Source: an uncultured cyanobacterium
GTDB lineage: Bacteria > Cyanobacteriota > Cyanobacteriia > Cyanobacteriales > CAWCAG01
Length of the DNA stretch: 64,000 nucleotides
Assembly: GCA_963803805.1 (NCBI GenBank)
Contig: CAWDOD010000001.1
Location: 32,001 to 96,000 of the forward strand
Reading direction: 5' to 3'
This document shows, piece by piece, positions 1-9,496 of this stretch. The position numbers were made by a program, and so were the translations under genes. The first letter of the stretch is position 1. Each line of letters opens with the position of its first letter. The notes under the pieces were generated by a model that was given only the letters and a program-made list of their open reading frames with translations, searched no databases and was not told where the DNA came from.

Positions 1-1527
1 GAGGGCATAGAGTAATTTATTCCATAGCCCAAACAAAACAGAAATATCTAACATATGAGGTAAATCTATTTTCCTAGCTTGGGATGGTACATTCGGTTGA
101 GAAGTTACCAGATTTTCTTGGTTAATAATTTCTGGAGTAAGATGCCATTGTGACCAAAGCAATTTGAGAGCTTTGTACTTTTCTCCAGACAGCCACTCAC
201 TAAACTTGTCTCCATCACCACGCCAACCCACAGTCCACTCAATAGTGCTTTCCCAACCTTTAGTAACATCACTATCCCAAATCTCTAGTAATTCGTGGTC
301 ATCAACATTACGTCTTTCTAAAGCACGGGGATGGTCAAACTGTTTGTAACTATCTATTCTCGGCATTCCCCATTCCTTCTTTTTACTAGAAGAATCAGGA
401 AAATAATCTTTTTCTAAAGCACTAATCTTTTGATTCCAAACTTGGGGGTCAACACCAGCATCACCTATCCAAGCCGCCGCCGCCGCAGTACGATCAGGAA
501 ATCTCTCCCATGGGCAAAAGGGTAAGGAATCCCTATTAACCCATAACCTAGTCAGGGTGGGACGAATAATCTCTGGTATAGATGCTAAACGCTTCACCAT
601 CTCCAAACTGTTCAGGCGATCGCTGCTAGAAAACAAACCCGCAAGATGAGTTTCTCGGCGTTGAGATAGTTTTTGCCACCAATTTTTGAGATTATCTTCT
701 GGCAATCCCCAAGTACCACCTTTGTCGATAGGTTTTAAGCCAGGATGCCATACAGAAAGAGAACCAGCACTAGGACTAGTTTTTCCGGCCCACCACTGCT
801 TTTGCCAGCTACGACCTATTTTTTGTGCCTCCAGATGTTGGTGGAGTTTGGCTAAGGTAGCTGTAATAGTTTCTGGATTACTGATATTGAGGGGGGCTTG
901 ACTAATATAAACTGACCAAAGGTGTTGACAATCTCCACGAATTACTTGCCACCCTACCCCATTTAAAAGGGTACGTTCATAGGAGATTGCCGATTGTTCT
1001 AAACAGCGTACAAATTCGCTCCATTCCCTTTGCACTATATCCTTTATTTCTTCTAACCAGCCCTTTTCGTTAGGAAAAATGCCAGTAAAAATGTTGGGTA
1101 ATTCTGCTTGCCAAAAAGATTCGTCTTGGTGAAACGACTCTTTTTTTAACCATTGCACTAAAGGTACAGAGCGATGTAGAGGTAACAACACTTTGCCCCC
1201 TCTCCGTTCCCAGTGATAAATTACTACAGCACTGAGATAGTGACAAAGCCAAGAACTTACAGCCCAATCCCTCAACCTTTGCCCACCTCCTAAAAAAGTT
1301 TGCACTGGGCCAAAGGTTAATACTCCCAACTGGTTTAAATTAGGATCAACACCCTCTAACTGTGCTGCTGTTTCTTGAGTTGCTCCCCCTCCCCACCAGA
1401 GTTGCGATCGCAAGTAAGCAGATTCTTGCCATTGCCCACTAAGGGGATGAATAGAAAGAGTAGGATCTTCTTGAGATACTTGAGTATATAATTCCCTTTG
1501 GCGTTGTAACCAAGTTTCTATTTGCAT
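1..1527 (-). CDS. cas10: Cas10/Cmr2 (type III-B large subunit), 3' end outside window
   Basis: Not in the ORF track; translated by hand from the ATG at 1527, which overlaps the upstream stop (TAATG). Gives MQIETWLQ...LTFGPVQTFLGGGQRLRDWAVSSWLCHYL (Cmr2 N-terminal PVQxF motif), DRLNSLEMVKRL and VGWRGDGDKFSEWL (palm DGD motif). No N-terminal HD domain; the GGDD motif would lie beyond the left edge. Confidence 0.88.
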   Translation of the reverse strand, partial: MQIETWLQRQRELYTQVSQEDPTLSIHPLSGQWQESAYLRSQLWWGGGATQETAAQLEGVDPNLNQLGVLTFGPVQTFLGGGQRLRDWAVSSWLCHYLSAVVIYHWERRGGKVLLPLHRSVPLVQWLKKESFHQDESFWQAELPNIFTGIFPNEKGWLEEIKDIVQREWSEFVRCLEQSAISYERTLLNGVGWQVIRGDCQHLWSVYISQAPLNISNPETITATLAKLHQHLEAQKIGRSWQKQWWAGKTSPSAGSLSVWHPGLKPIDKGGTWGLPEDNLKNWWQKLSQRRETHLAGLFSSSDRLNSLEMVKRLASIPEIIRPTLTRLWVNRDSLPFCPWERFPDRTAAAAAWIGDAGVDPQVWNQKISALEKDYFPDSSSKKKEWGMPRIDSYKQFDHPRALERRNVDDHELLEIWDSDVTKGWESTIEWTVGWRGDGDKFSEWLSGEKYKALKLLWSQWHLTPEIINQENLVTSQPNVPSQARKIDLPHMLDISVLFGLWNKLLYAL

Positions 1528-2972
1528 TAAAGACTTTCCTGAACTTCCGAGGTTAAGTTGTGGTAATACTTAATTCTTTGATTGACTTCCGTAGCTGCAT
1601 CAGCTAGATAAATAATGTATTTCAACCATTGCACTGCTACTTCTGAAGGGTGATTTTTGTTAGTTACGGAATGATATTTTTCGGTTTTTTTATCTAAACT
1701 TTCATCAATAACATCCCCTAGTAAAGAGTGATAAAGATTATTACGAATGTGGGTAAAAGCCATCTTAAACTCTGAATCTATTTCCCAACACCGACAATAA
1801 AACTGTTTAAAGTCTCTCCATTCAGCAGTGTCGGCTATAGCATCAACCTTGTGACCATCAAAATAACCATCACTTAGTAACTTATTAACCACTTTGCCGA
1901 TACTTAGAAAACGTCTATCACTACCTGGCTCTTTGCATTGCAGCTTTCCCCCTTCCCTTTGCCAAATATACTTTCCGAAACTTTGCTTTTCTACCAAACA
2001 CCACAAAGCCAACTCTAAAGCCCCTGCTATCCTCATATACCAGTGCATCCATTGCCCCCGCTCCCGAAAAGCCTTTTCACTCCAAAGAGCGATCGCTATT
2101 CTTTCAATCACTTCTTGTCTGGGAGTTAAGCCTAGTTTTAAAGCTGCGACATTTAAAGAGACTGCATAATCAAGAGTTTTTAACTTCTGCTCAATTCCTT
2201 CTGTTAAATAATTCTCCGCAATAGTCAAGACACCGCTAAAATCCTGAATAGCTATTAACTGTTGAATTTGCGGCACTTTCAACCGCCAGCGCCAATGATT
2301 ACCTTCGTGACTGTAATAGCGGGAGTTTTCTTTGGAGATATAAACAAATTCTACTGGTTGTTTGGCTAGCTTCTGCTCAATTCCCCATAGATACAAAGCG
2401 CTACTTAATGCCGGAGTACCACTACTATGTTGAATAACAATCTTTTCTATTTCAACTTTCTCTTCTTTGGTAGTTTGAAAGAAAAGAGTATTCTTCTGAG
2501 CTAGAATTAGTTGATTAAAACGTTGATTAACCAACTCTGCCATTCCTTCCCAATCTGCTGCACCTTTATCGATATGGGAACTAATTTCTAAGGGAATAGG
2601 ATAATAATTAATCTGCTGTTGTTTACACCAATACTCAAGAATATTACGCCACCAATAACCATCAGAAGCAATAATTTCTTGTATCGCTTGACTTTCTAGA
2701 TTCTGGTGACTCGCTAGCCAGCTACTTTGTTGAGTTAAGATTACTCCCAAATAAACATCTTCTTGCTTCCCTTCCTTTGCATATTCCTGCCAAACTTGGC
2801 GAATCTGCGGGAAATCTACCCTTTCTATTTCCTCTAACAATTCCTCATCATTTATCTGTGCTACCTCCTCAGCATCTTCTACTGTATAAGCTGTTTGCAA
2901 TCTTGCTGCCCCTTCATCGGAATCTACGAGAACATCACTGTTTCCCAAGACTTGCAGGATTAAAGTTTTCAT
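1527..2972 (-). CDS. CARF-HEPN type III CRISPR effector (Csx1/Csm6-like RNase)
   Basis: Rossmann-like start LILQVLGNSDV, CARF-like IVIQHSSGTPALSSAL, C-terminal HEPN RxxxxH motif (IRNNLYH); translationally coupled to cas10. Confidence 0.75.
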   Translation of the reverse strand: MKTLILQVLGNSDVLVDSDEGAARLQTAYTVEDAEEVAQINDEELLEEIERVDFPQIRQVWQEYAKEGKQEDVYLGVILTQQSSWLASHQNLESQAIQEIIASDGYWWRNILEYWCKQQQINYYPIPLEISSHIDKGAADWEGMAELVNQRFNQLILAQKNTLFFQTTKEEKVEIEKIVIQHSSGTPALSSALYLWGIEQKLAKQPVEFVYISKENSRYYSHEGNHWRWRLKVPQIQQLIAIQDFSGVLTIAENYLTEGIEQKLKTLDYAVSLNVAALKLGLTPRQEVIERIAIALWSEKAFRERGQWMHWYMRIAGALELALWCLVEKQSFGKYIWQREGGKLQCKEPGSDRRFLSIGKVVNKLLSDGYFDGHKVDAIADTAEWRDFKQFYCRCWEIDSEFKMAFTHIRNNLYHSLLGDVIDESLDKKTEKYHSVTNKNHPSEVAVQWLKYIIYLADAATEVNQRIKYYHNLTSEVQESL

Positions 2973-3186
2973 CTTCTAGGTTTGTAAGTTGTTTTCCTCG
3001 CTCAGAAACTATAGCTACACCACTTTTTGCTTTATTCAACTTAGATACTATCAGAAGTAGTAGAGAAAACCTAGAGTTTGATAATACTTTCTCCAATTGT
3101 TTAAATGCTTATGTCTTATTCTCCGACTAGCTTTTAAAGATTAAGCTTAAATATAATCAATATTATCTTTATCTTGACAGTCTCTT

Positions 3187-4344
3187 ATGACCAAAAAAAA
3201 TATCTACCACCGCTATAGTGACTTACTAGCTTTTGAGAGATTGATGATTTTGGTGGCTACCTTAGCCCGTTATCCAGGGGTAGGTAGCAGAGATAATCCT
3301 TTGTTGAAAAACCAAGACCCTTTGGAACAGTTATTAGCTATGATGCAGGAGGTAGCCACCGAAGTTGAAGTAGACTTACCTAACTATTCAATTCATACTC
3401 TCCGTAAAGATTTGGCCACACTACGCAACTATGGAATTTTGCAACAGCATATGTATCGCTGGGGCTATTATTTAGGTACTGGGGCTTTAGACAAGGTAGA
3501 GTTACGTTTTGCCCTCAATGCCTTGCGATCGCAGGTGGAATATCAAGAAGATCCTTTGGTTAGACAAACTTATAGCAAACTGAAACGGCGTTTACGGCAA
3601 TTTGATTTAGAAGAAGAGTTTAGTTATCCCCTAAGAACACAACTGAGTAAGGTTATTGTCTACACTAGTCCTGAAGAGATGATGCAAGAAGGTAAATATA
3701 GAGGGACTTTGTTTGAGAAGTTGGGGGAAATTGAGGAAGCAATTTTACAAGGACAAGCTATAGAAATAAAGCGAGTTCGTAATCCTCATCAAAAAGGTAA
3801 GGGACTCTTTTTACAAAGTATCTGGCCCTTACAGTTAATCTACCATGATATTGCCTGGTATCTTCTCCATGAGAACTATGAGAATGGTCATTTAGCTATA
3901 TCCCGTTTAGACCGTTTCAATGGTTATTATCAAGCTTTGGATGTACCCGCTAGGGGAATTCAAGCACAGCTAGAGAGTTTGCAAACGGCTAAGGAGTTGT
4001 TGAGAAATGGTTGGGGATTGTATTTAGGTAAGTTTGAGGAACAGTTAGAAGAGAAGGAAGGTAAGGGAAATTTAGTTGAGGTTAAGGTACGCTTTTTTGG
4101 TGATGCGATTGCTTTTGTTTTAGAAGGGGAGAAGCGTCATCATTCTCAAAGGATTAAGAAAGGGGCTATAGATGCAGAAGGTTGGCTTACTTGTATAGAT
4201 TATGAAATTAAGTTACCTCGGCGTTCCCTAAAAGAGTTTAGTTATTGGGTTAATCGTTTTTTTGGTAAAGCTGTTTTCAAGCAACCTAGCTTTATGGCAG
4301 AAGAGCAAGTTTCGCAGGCTAAGGCTTTGTTGGAAAGAGGGTAA
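3187..4344 (+). CDS. WYL-domain transcriptional regulator (wHTH-WYL-WCX)
   Basis: HTH TLRKDLATL, IWPLQLIYHDIAWYL, SRLDRF; divergent from the cas operon. Confidence 0.9.
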   Translation: MTKKNIYHRYSDLLAFERLMILVATLARYPGVGSRDNPLLKNQDPLEQLLAMMQEVATEVEVDLPNYSIHTLRKDLATLRNYGILQQHMYRWGYYLGTGALDKVELRFALNALRSQVEYQEDPLVRQTYSKLKRRLRQFDLEEEFSYPLRTQLSKVIVYTSPEEMMQEGKYRGTLFEKLGEIEEAILQGQAIEIKRVRNPHQKGKGLFLQSIWPLQLIYHDIAWYLLHENYENGHLAISRLDRFNGYYQALDVPARGIQAQLESLQTAKELLRNGWGLYLGKFEEQLEEKEGKGNLVEVKVRFFGDAIAFVLEGEKRHHSQRIKKGAIDAEGWLTCIDYEIKLPRRSLKEFSYWVNRFFGKAVFKQPSFMAEEQVSQAKALLERG

Positions 4345-4352
4345 GGGATTTT

Positions 4353-4552
4353 ACTGTCATTTAATGCCAGCTTGCGGCCACCTACCGGAATGGGCTGAAA
4401 CCACCATTTTACGTGGAGGCGGCCGACCTTTGATGGGGAGAGGGTTATAGCCGTTTTTGTTTCCCTTTTTCTTCTAGAGTTTGCTTAAGAAAAGGTAGGT
4501 GGCCGCAAAGCGCTTCTAGACACCAGGCAGGGTAAGGGTTTAAAATGAGGGG
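4353..4552 (+). promoter_or_regulatory. CRISPR leader 1
   Basis: 200 bp directly upstream of the first repeat, near-identical to 5708-5906 and 8440-8639; ends GGTAAGGGTTTAAAATGAGGGG; 15-bp inverted repeat 4372-4386/4494-4508. Confidence 0.85.
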
Positions 4553-4659
4553 GTCACGACTTCCTTTTGGAAGTAAAGAAGTTGAAACATTACAGTGTAA
4601 GAGACACGATTTTTATCAAAATCCGTCACGACTTCCATTAGGAAGTAAAGAAGTTAAAC
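4553..4659 (+). CRISPR. CRISPR mini-array 1 (2 repeats, 1 spacer of 36 nt)
   Basis: GTCACGACTTCCTTTTGGAAGTAAAGAAGTTGAAAC at 4553-4588; variant repeat at 4625-4659. Confidence 0.88.
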
Positions 4660-4804
4660 ACCCTGATGCGATCGCAAAATATGTATCAAACTGCGATCGC
4701 CTCTAGCAGTATTTAGAGTGAGATAGTTTTGCTGTACTGTAAAAGCTTAATATTAAGAAAGCACTGCTTATCTTTGTGTTTTTGTTACAATCGACTCTTT
4801 AATC

Positions 4805-5228
4805 ATGCCTGCAAAAGATATCTACCACGATACTGTTAGGACAGCTTTGCTCAAAGACCAGTGGACTATCACTCACGACCCTTTGAGAATTCGTCTTACT
4901 CGTGGAAAAAATCTTTTCGTTGATTTAGGCGCAGAGCGACTATTAGCAGCCCAACGCGGAGTTGAAAAAATAGCAGTAGAAGTCAAGAGTTTTGTCAGTC
5001 CTTCAGACATGAGAAGCTTGGAGGAAGCAGTAGGTCAGTTTGTCGTTTATGCTGAATTACTGAAGCGCTACTACCTGTGAGCATACACTATACCTAGCTG
5101 TTAGCGAGAAAGTTCGCAAAAATGTTTTTGAAGAGGAAGCTGGTCTAACTATGATTGAAAATGGCATCATTCGTATAGTTACCTTTGACCAAACTAAGGA
5201 GGAAATTGTGCAATGGATTCATCCTTAA
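4805..5228 (+). pseudogene. xisH: XisH family protein, +1 frameshift near 5076
   Basis: MPAKDIYHDTVRTALLKDQWTITHDP...DLGAERL...KIAVEVKSF. Stop at 5080, but the shifted frame continues EHTLYLAVSE...EEIVQWIHP* to 5228. Confidence 0.85.
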
Positions 5229-5551
5229 CCGAGTACCGCAACATCATCGAAAAAGTTCTACAGGACTATGCTAACTTTTTAGGGGGAGAACCAGAAGTTC
5301 AAATTGAATTAGTCTGCGATAGAGAAGGTAATCGCTACCTTTTAGTAGAGACAGGTTGGCAAAATGACTATCGCATTTATGGCAACGTGCTACACCTAGA
5401 CATTATTAATGGTAAGGTTTGGATTCAGCATGATGGAACAGAAGAAGGAGTTGCTAATGAGTTAATAGCAGCAGGTATCCCTAAAGAGTCTATAGTACTC
5501 GCTTTCCGCCATCCTCAAGTAAGAGAACATACAGGATTTGCTGTAGCTTAA
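5213..5551 (+). CDS. xisI: XisI protein
   Basis: HLDIINGKVWIQHDGTEEGVANELIAAGIPKESIVLAF; overlaps the end of xisH. Confidence 0.92.
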   Translation: MDSSLTEYRNIIEKVLQDYANFLGGEPEVQIELVCDREGNRYLLVETGWQNDYRIYGNVLHLDIINGKVWIQHDGTEEGVANELIAAGIPKESIVLAFRHPQVREHTGFAVA

Positions 5552-5942
5552 TCTTGCTTAAGTTGGTTTTTGAAATGATTTACCTTTTTGCTTTGAAAAT
5601 GGTTTGAGGTGAGGAATAATTAGCTAAGATTTGAGCGAATTTTAAGCTATAAGTCAGATAAAATAAAGCTTAGAGAGGATATTGCTATTACTAAAAAAGT
5701 TATTCCAACTGTCATTTAATACCAGCTTGCGGCCACCTGCCGAGATGGGCTGAAACCACCATTTTGCGTCGAGGCGGCCGACCTTTGATGGGGAGAGGGT
5801 TACAGCCGTTTTTGCTCCCTTTTTCTTCCAGAGGTTGCTTAAGAAAAGGTAGGTGGCCGCAAACCGCTTCTAGACACCAGGCAGGGTAAGGGTTTAAAAT
5901 GAGGGGGTCACGACTTCCGTCAGGAAGTAAAGAAGTTGAAAC
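5438..5942 (+). repeat. ~505-bp direct repeat copy 1 (3' xisI + intergenic + leader + first repeat)
   Basis: Highly similar to 8171-8675 by eye. Confidence 0.85.
5708..5906 (+). promoter_or_regulatory. CRISPR leader 2
   Basis: Near-identical to leaders 1 and 3. Confidence 0.85.
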
Positions 5943-6086
5943 ACTCTCTTGGCTAATTCCCTAGAAGCGCCATTTTTGTCGTCACGACTTCCTCTTGGAA
6001 GTAAAGAAGTTGAAACCCATGACAAAAAAAGTCAACTTTCGAGCTTCTGATGTCACGACTTCCACTAAGAAGTAAAGAAGTTAAAT
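5907..6086 (+). CRISPR. CRISPR mini-array 2 (3 repeats, spacers 38 and 35 nt)
   Basis: Repeats at 5907-5942 and 5981-6016, degenerate one from 6052; loops GTCA, TCTT, ACTA. Confidence 0.9.
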
Positions 6087-6493
6087 AACTTTATGCGATC
6101 GCAAAATATGTATCAAACTGCGATCGCATCGTTACACCTGGAGGGTATCGCTAAACATCTTGGTATAGAAGTAGGACGAAATCACAATATGCTAAGATGT
6201 TTTCCTAACAAAATATCAATAATAACTTATCTTCGAGACTTAACTTCTTTGTGCCAGCAAGAGACATTTATCATGACACCGTAAAACGTGCTTTAGAAAA
6301 GGATAACTGGACAATCACCAACGATCCTTTCCCCCTAAAAATCGGTAAGAAGCGCCTGTCTGCTGACTTAGGGGCAGAACGCCTGATTAGTGCGGAAAAG
6401 GGTATTAAAAAGATTGTTGTGGAAATCAAAAGTTTTGTTGGCCCCTCTAATGTCAAAGACTTAGAACAGGCTTTAGGACAATATATCTTGTAC

Positions 6494-7775
6494 CTAGCAG
6501 GGGGACATAAAGTCTAAAAAGTAGACAGAGCAAGTTCGACAGCACGTTGCCCTTTTTTGTAATGAAAAATCCAACGGCGATTAATTTGCAAAAGTTCTGA
6601 CAAAGTTTTTTGGCACAATTGCTGTAAGCGAAGCCAGTTATGAAGATGTTGACCAACATAAAAAGAGCTATGTTTGCGCTGTGCTTGATGAGCATTTTCT
6701 GGTCGTGCTACATATTTTTGGATACCCATACGCTTAATTTTTTGCCCTTGTAGTAGAGCGCTGGTATAAGCAATAGCTACAACAATTAGTAGTTTATTAA
6801 GCTGTTGTGAGTGAAGTTTGGAACCTTCAAGATTATATCCTCCTGCTTTAAAATCACGAAACATTTCTTCAATATCAAAGCGCTTCTGATAAGCTCGAAT
6901 TGCTGTGTCTACATCAGACAAATTAGTCAAGATATACCAAGGTTCTTTTGTTTTCAATCCTTGGTAGTTTCTTTTCCATTTCCCAGCAATATTGAAAGTG
7001 CCAAATCCTTTTTTCTTCGTCACCTGTTGGTTGCTCAGAAATAGCTTTGTACCAGGAGCTAAATCAAGTTCTCTTAGTTCTTGATATAAGCCGTTTTCAC
7101 ACTCAATCTTTGTGTCACATTTCTGTCTCAAACAAAAATATGTATCCTTCTGTCTCAGCCAGCTTGCCAGTTTTGGCGAACAAAATTCTCTGTCTCCTAA
7201 TATGACTAGTTTATTCTCCTGCCTATTCTCTGATAATAACTCTATACTTTTGCTTAATACTTCTTGCTGTTCTATGAGATTGCTACTTCCTTTTTTTGAC
7301 AAGAAACTCCAATATACTGGCCATGCTCTGTTGTCGTAGATTACACTCACCATCAAAATATTTATTATTCCCCAGCTCGTTCTGTCTATTGCCAAATATA
7401 TTGTCTCCTTTGGCTTTAACATCAGAGTTAATAAACACTTTACGCATTCAAACCATACACCCTCTATGCTTAATTGTTCCTTTCTTAAAAAACGCCGCAT
7501 TTTCTTGCGCCTGCTTTCAAATAATATCGGTATTGGTAGAGCTTCTGCTAATACCTCTAACTTCACTTGCTTGAGCATTTGAAGAGCTTCTACCACTAAC
7601 ATTAATAATAGACAAGTACTTTTACCCAATTCTTTTTCAATTATTTTCTGGTATTCTTTTGCTATCATTTTCTTTTACTAGGTCAGAGCTACTGTATCTG
7701 ACCTATCTTTTTTTTACCAGCACCACCGTTTCTTTGGCTACATCTAGCTCTTACTTCTCTGTGTACCCCTGCCAG
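6494..7775 (-). mobile_element. IS4-family insertion sequence (1282 bp)
   Basis: Imperfect TIRs CTAGCAGGGGGACA / CTGGCAGGGGTACA; 9-bp TSD ATCTTGTAC at 6485-6493 and 7776-7784. Confidence 0.9.
6514..7668 (-). CDS. IS4-family DDE transposase
   Basis: LAIDRT, LGDREF and YQKRFDIEEMFRDFK (YREK signature). Confidence 0.9.
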   Translation of the reverse strand: MIAKEYQKIIEKELGKSTCLLLMLVVEALQMLKQVKLEVLAEALPIPILFESRRKKMRRFLRKEQLSIEGVWFECVKCLLTLMLKPKETIYLAIDRTSWGIINILMVSVIYDNRAWPVYWSFLSKKGSSNLIEQQEVLSKSIELLSENRQENKLVILGDREFCSPKLASWLRQKDTYFCLRQKCDTKIECENGLYQELRELDLAPGTKLFLSNQQVTKKKGFGTFNIAGKWKRNYQGLKTKEPWYILTNLSDVDTAIRAYQKRFDIEEMFRDFKAGGYNLEGSKLHSQQLNKLLIVVAIAYTSALLQGQKIKRMGIQKYVARPENAHQAQRKHSSFYVGQHLHNWLRLQQLCQKTLSELLQINRRWIFHYKKGQRAVELALSTF

Positions 7776-7945
7776 ATCTTGTACCAACAAATTCTTGACA
7801 AGATGGGTATAGAAAGAAGCCTTTACTTAGCTATTTCTCAACCAACCTTTAACAGTGTATTCAATATAGAATTAGGACAGATGTTACTAGAAAATCAAGT
7901 AGTCAAGTTGATTATCTTTGATGAGCAAAGTGAGGCAATAGTAGA

Positions 7946-8284
7946 ATGGATACCCGATTAAACTACCAAAAGATTATTCAAACTGTTCTTCAAGATCATG
8001 CTGACTATCGTAATAGCTTCTTAGATGGTTACAATTGTCAGCTTCTTTTTGATCAACAACGAGGTCAATACTTAATTTTAGATATTGGCTGGCAAGGAGA
8101 TCAATATCTTCATGCAACTCCTATTCATCTTAGTTTAATTGATGATAAAGTCTGGATTCAGTCTGATGATACAGAAGAAGGAGTTGCTAATGATTTGATG
8201 GCAGCAGGTATCCCTAAAGAGTCTATAGTACTCGGTTTCCGCCATCCTAGAATAAGAGAACATACAGGATTTGCTGTAGCTTAA
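7946..8284 (+). CDS. xisI: XisI protein (second copy)
   Basis: IHLSLIDDKVWIQSDDTEEGVANDLMAAGIPKESIVLGF. Confidence 0.92.
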   Translation: MDTRLNYQKIIQTVLQDHADYRNSFLDGYNCQLLFDQQRGQYLILDIGWQGDQYLHATPIHLSLIDDKVWIQSDDTEEGVANDLMAAGIPKESIVLGFRHPRIREHTGFAVA

Positions 8285-8675
8285 TCTTATTTAAGTTGCT
8301 TTTTGAAATGATTTACCTTTTTGCTTTGAAGATAGGGTTGGTGAGGAAAGATTAGCTAAGATTTGAGCAGATTTTGAGTTATAAGTCAGATGAAATAAAG
8401 CTTAGAGAGGATATTGCTATTGCTGAAAAAGTTAGTTCAACTGTCATTTAACACTAGCTTGCGGCCACCTGCCGAGATGGGCTGAAACCACCATTTTACG
8501 TGGAGGCAGCCGACCTTTGATGGGGAGAGGGTTACAGCCGTTTTTGTTCCCCTTTTTCTTCCAGAGGTTGCTTAAGAAAAGGTAGGTGGCCGCAAACCGC
8601 TTCTAGACACCAGGCAGGGTAAGGGTTTAAAATGAGGGGGTCACGACTTCCTTTTGGAAGTAAAGAAGTTGAAAC
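8171..8675 (+). repeat. ~505-bp direct repeat copy 2
   Basis: Highly similar to 5438-5942. Confidence 0.85.
8440..8639 (+). promoter_or_regulatory. CRISPR leader 3
   Basis: Near-identical to leaders 1 and 2. Confidence 0.85.
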
Positions 8676-8828
8676 ATCTTTAATGGCTGAGATTATCCAG
8701 CGTTCTTATTTTGAAGTCACGACTTCCTTTTGGAAGTAAAGAAGTTGAAACACCTCACACATCGCTTTGCTGAAGCGTCCATCTCCTCCGCCGTCGTGAC
8801 TTCCATTAAGAAATAAAAAAGTTGGGTT
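8640..8828 (+). CRISPR. CRISPR mini-array 3 (3 repeats, spacers 40 and 41 nt)
   Basis: Repeats at 8640-8675 and 8716-8751; degenerate GTCGTGACTTCCATTAAGAAATAAAAAAGTTG from 8793. Confidence 0.9.
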
Positions 8829-9300
8829 CTGTAGAACCAGTTTTTGGGCAACCAAAGCAGTAATTACCGGAACTGCTTTTGTATTAGACTTTATCGGAAA
8901 TAGTGGAGAAAGTGATTGAGGCGATCGCATCTTCCTCTAACTTTTACTGGTTATGCAACTTGCAACACTTCACTACCTCTTTTGGAGCGGTGAGTAAGGC
9001 GGAAATTATGCAACCCACAGGCTGTTTCCATCACATCATCACCTAAAGTGAGCTAACCAATTGCGGAACTTTTGTACCACAATCTGACACCTCTTGATAC
9101 CTCCTATTTGAGAAAGTTTGGTCTGGTTAGAGTTATTTTAATGGGGCTTTTTAAGAAAATCAACTGATTTACCTTTTGGCTTAAAGATAAATTAGTTATG
9201 GGTAAGTATGATGTTGATTTTGGGAAGTTAATGGCAGTTAATGCCTATGGATATTACCTCTAGGAGTTTATTTTAGTTAGCTAAAAAGCTGTTTTATTTA

Positions 9301-9496
9301 TCATTTAAGTCTAGTTGCGGGCCATCTCAGAAAATCTCTGAAACCCCCATTCTTTCGTTGAGATGGCCCATCCATTGCTCTGTAAGGATTTGAGGCACTT
9401 TTTTCCTGTTGCTTTATTCGTCAACATAGATGTTTTTAGGGGATGGCCCGAAACCGCTTCTAGACACTATGCAGGGTAAGGGTTTAAAATGAGGGG
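9301..9496 (+). promoter_or_regulatory. CRISPR leader 4 (diverged)
   Basis: Same proximal ~47 nt (AAACCGCTTCTAGACAC...GGGTAAGGGTTTAAAATGAGGGG); distal part diverged. Confidence 0.8.

Larger units (their letters stand above)
6251..7961 (+). pseudogene. xisH: XisH family protein interrupted by IS4-family element
   Basis: N-part ...EQALGQYILY and C-part ILYQQILDKMGIERSLYLAI...IVEWIPD rejoin in frame after removing the IS and one TSD. Confidence 0.88.

Noticed and set aside
164-1267. Short ORFs 164-349, 686-901, 1070-1267
   Set aside because: Shadow ORFs inside cas10.
8829-9160. Possible cas1/cas2 remnant after array 3
   Set aside because: Frames examined are interrupted and show no recognisable Cas motif; left unassigned.
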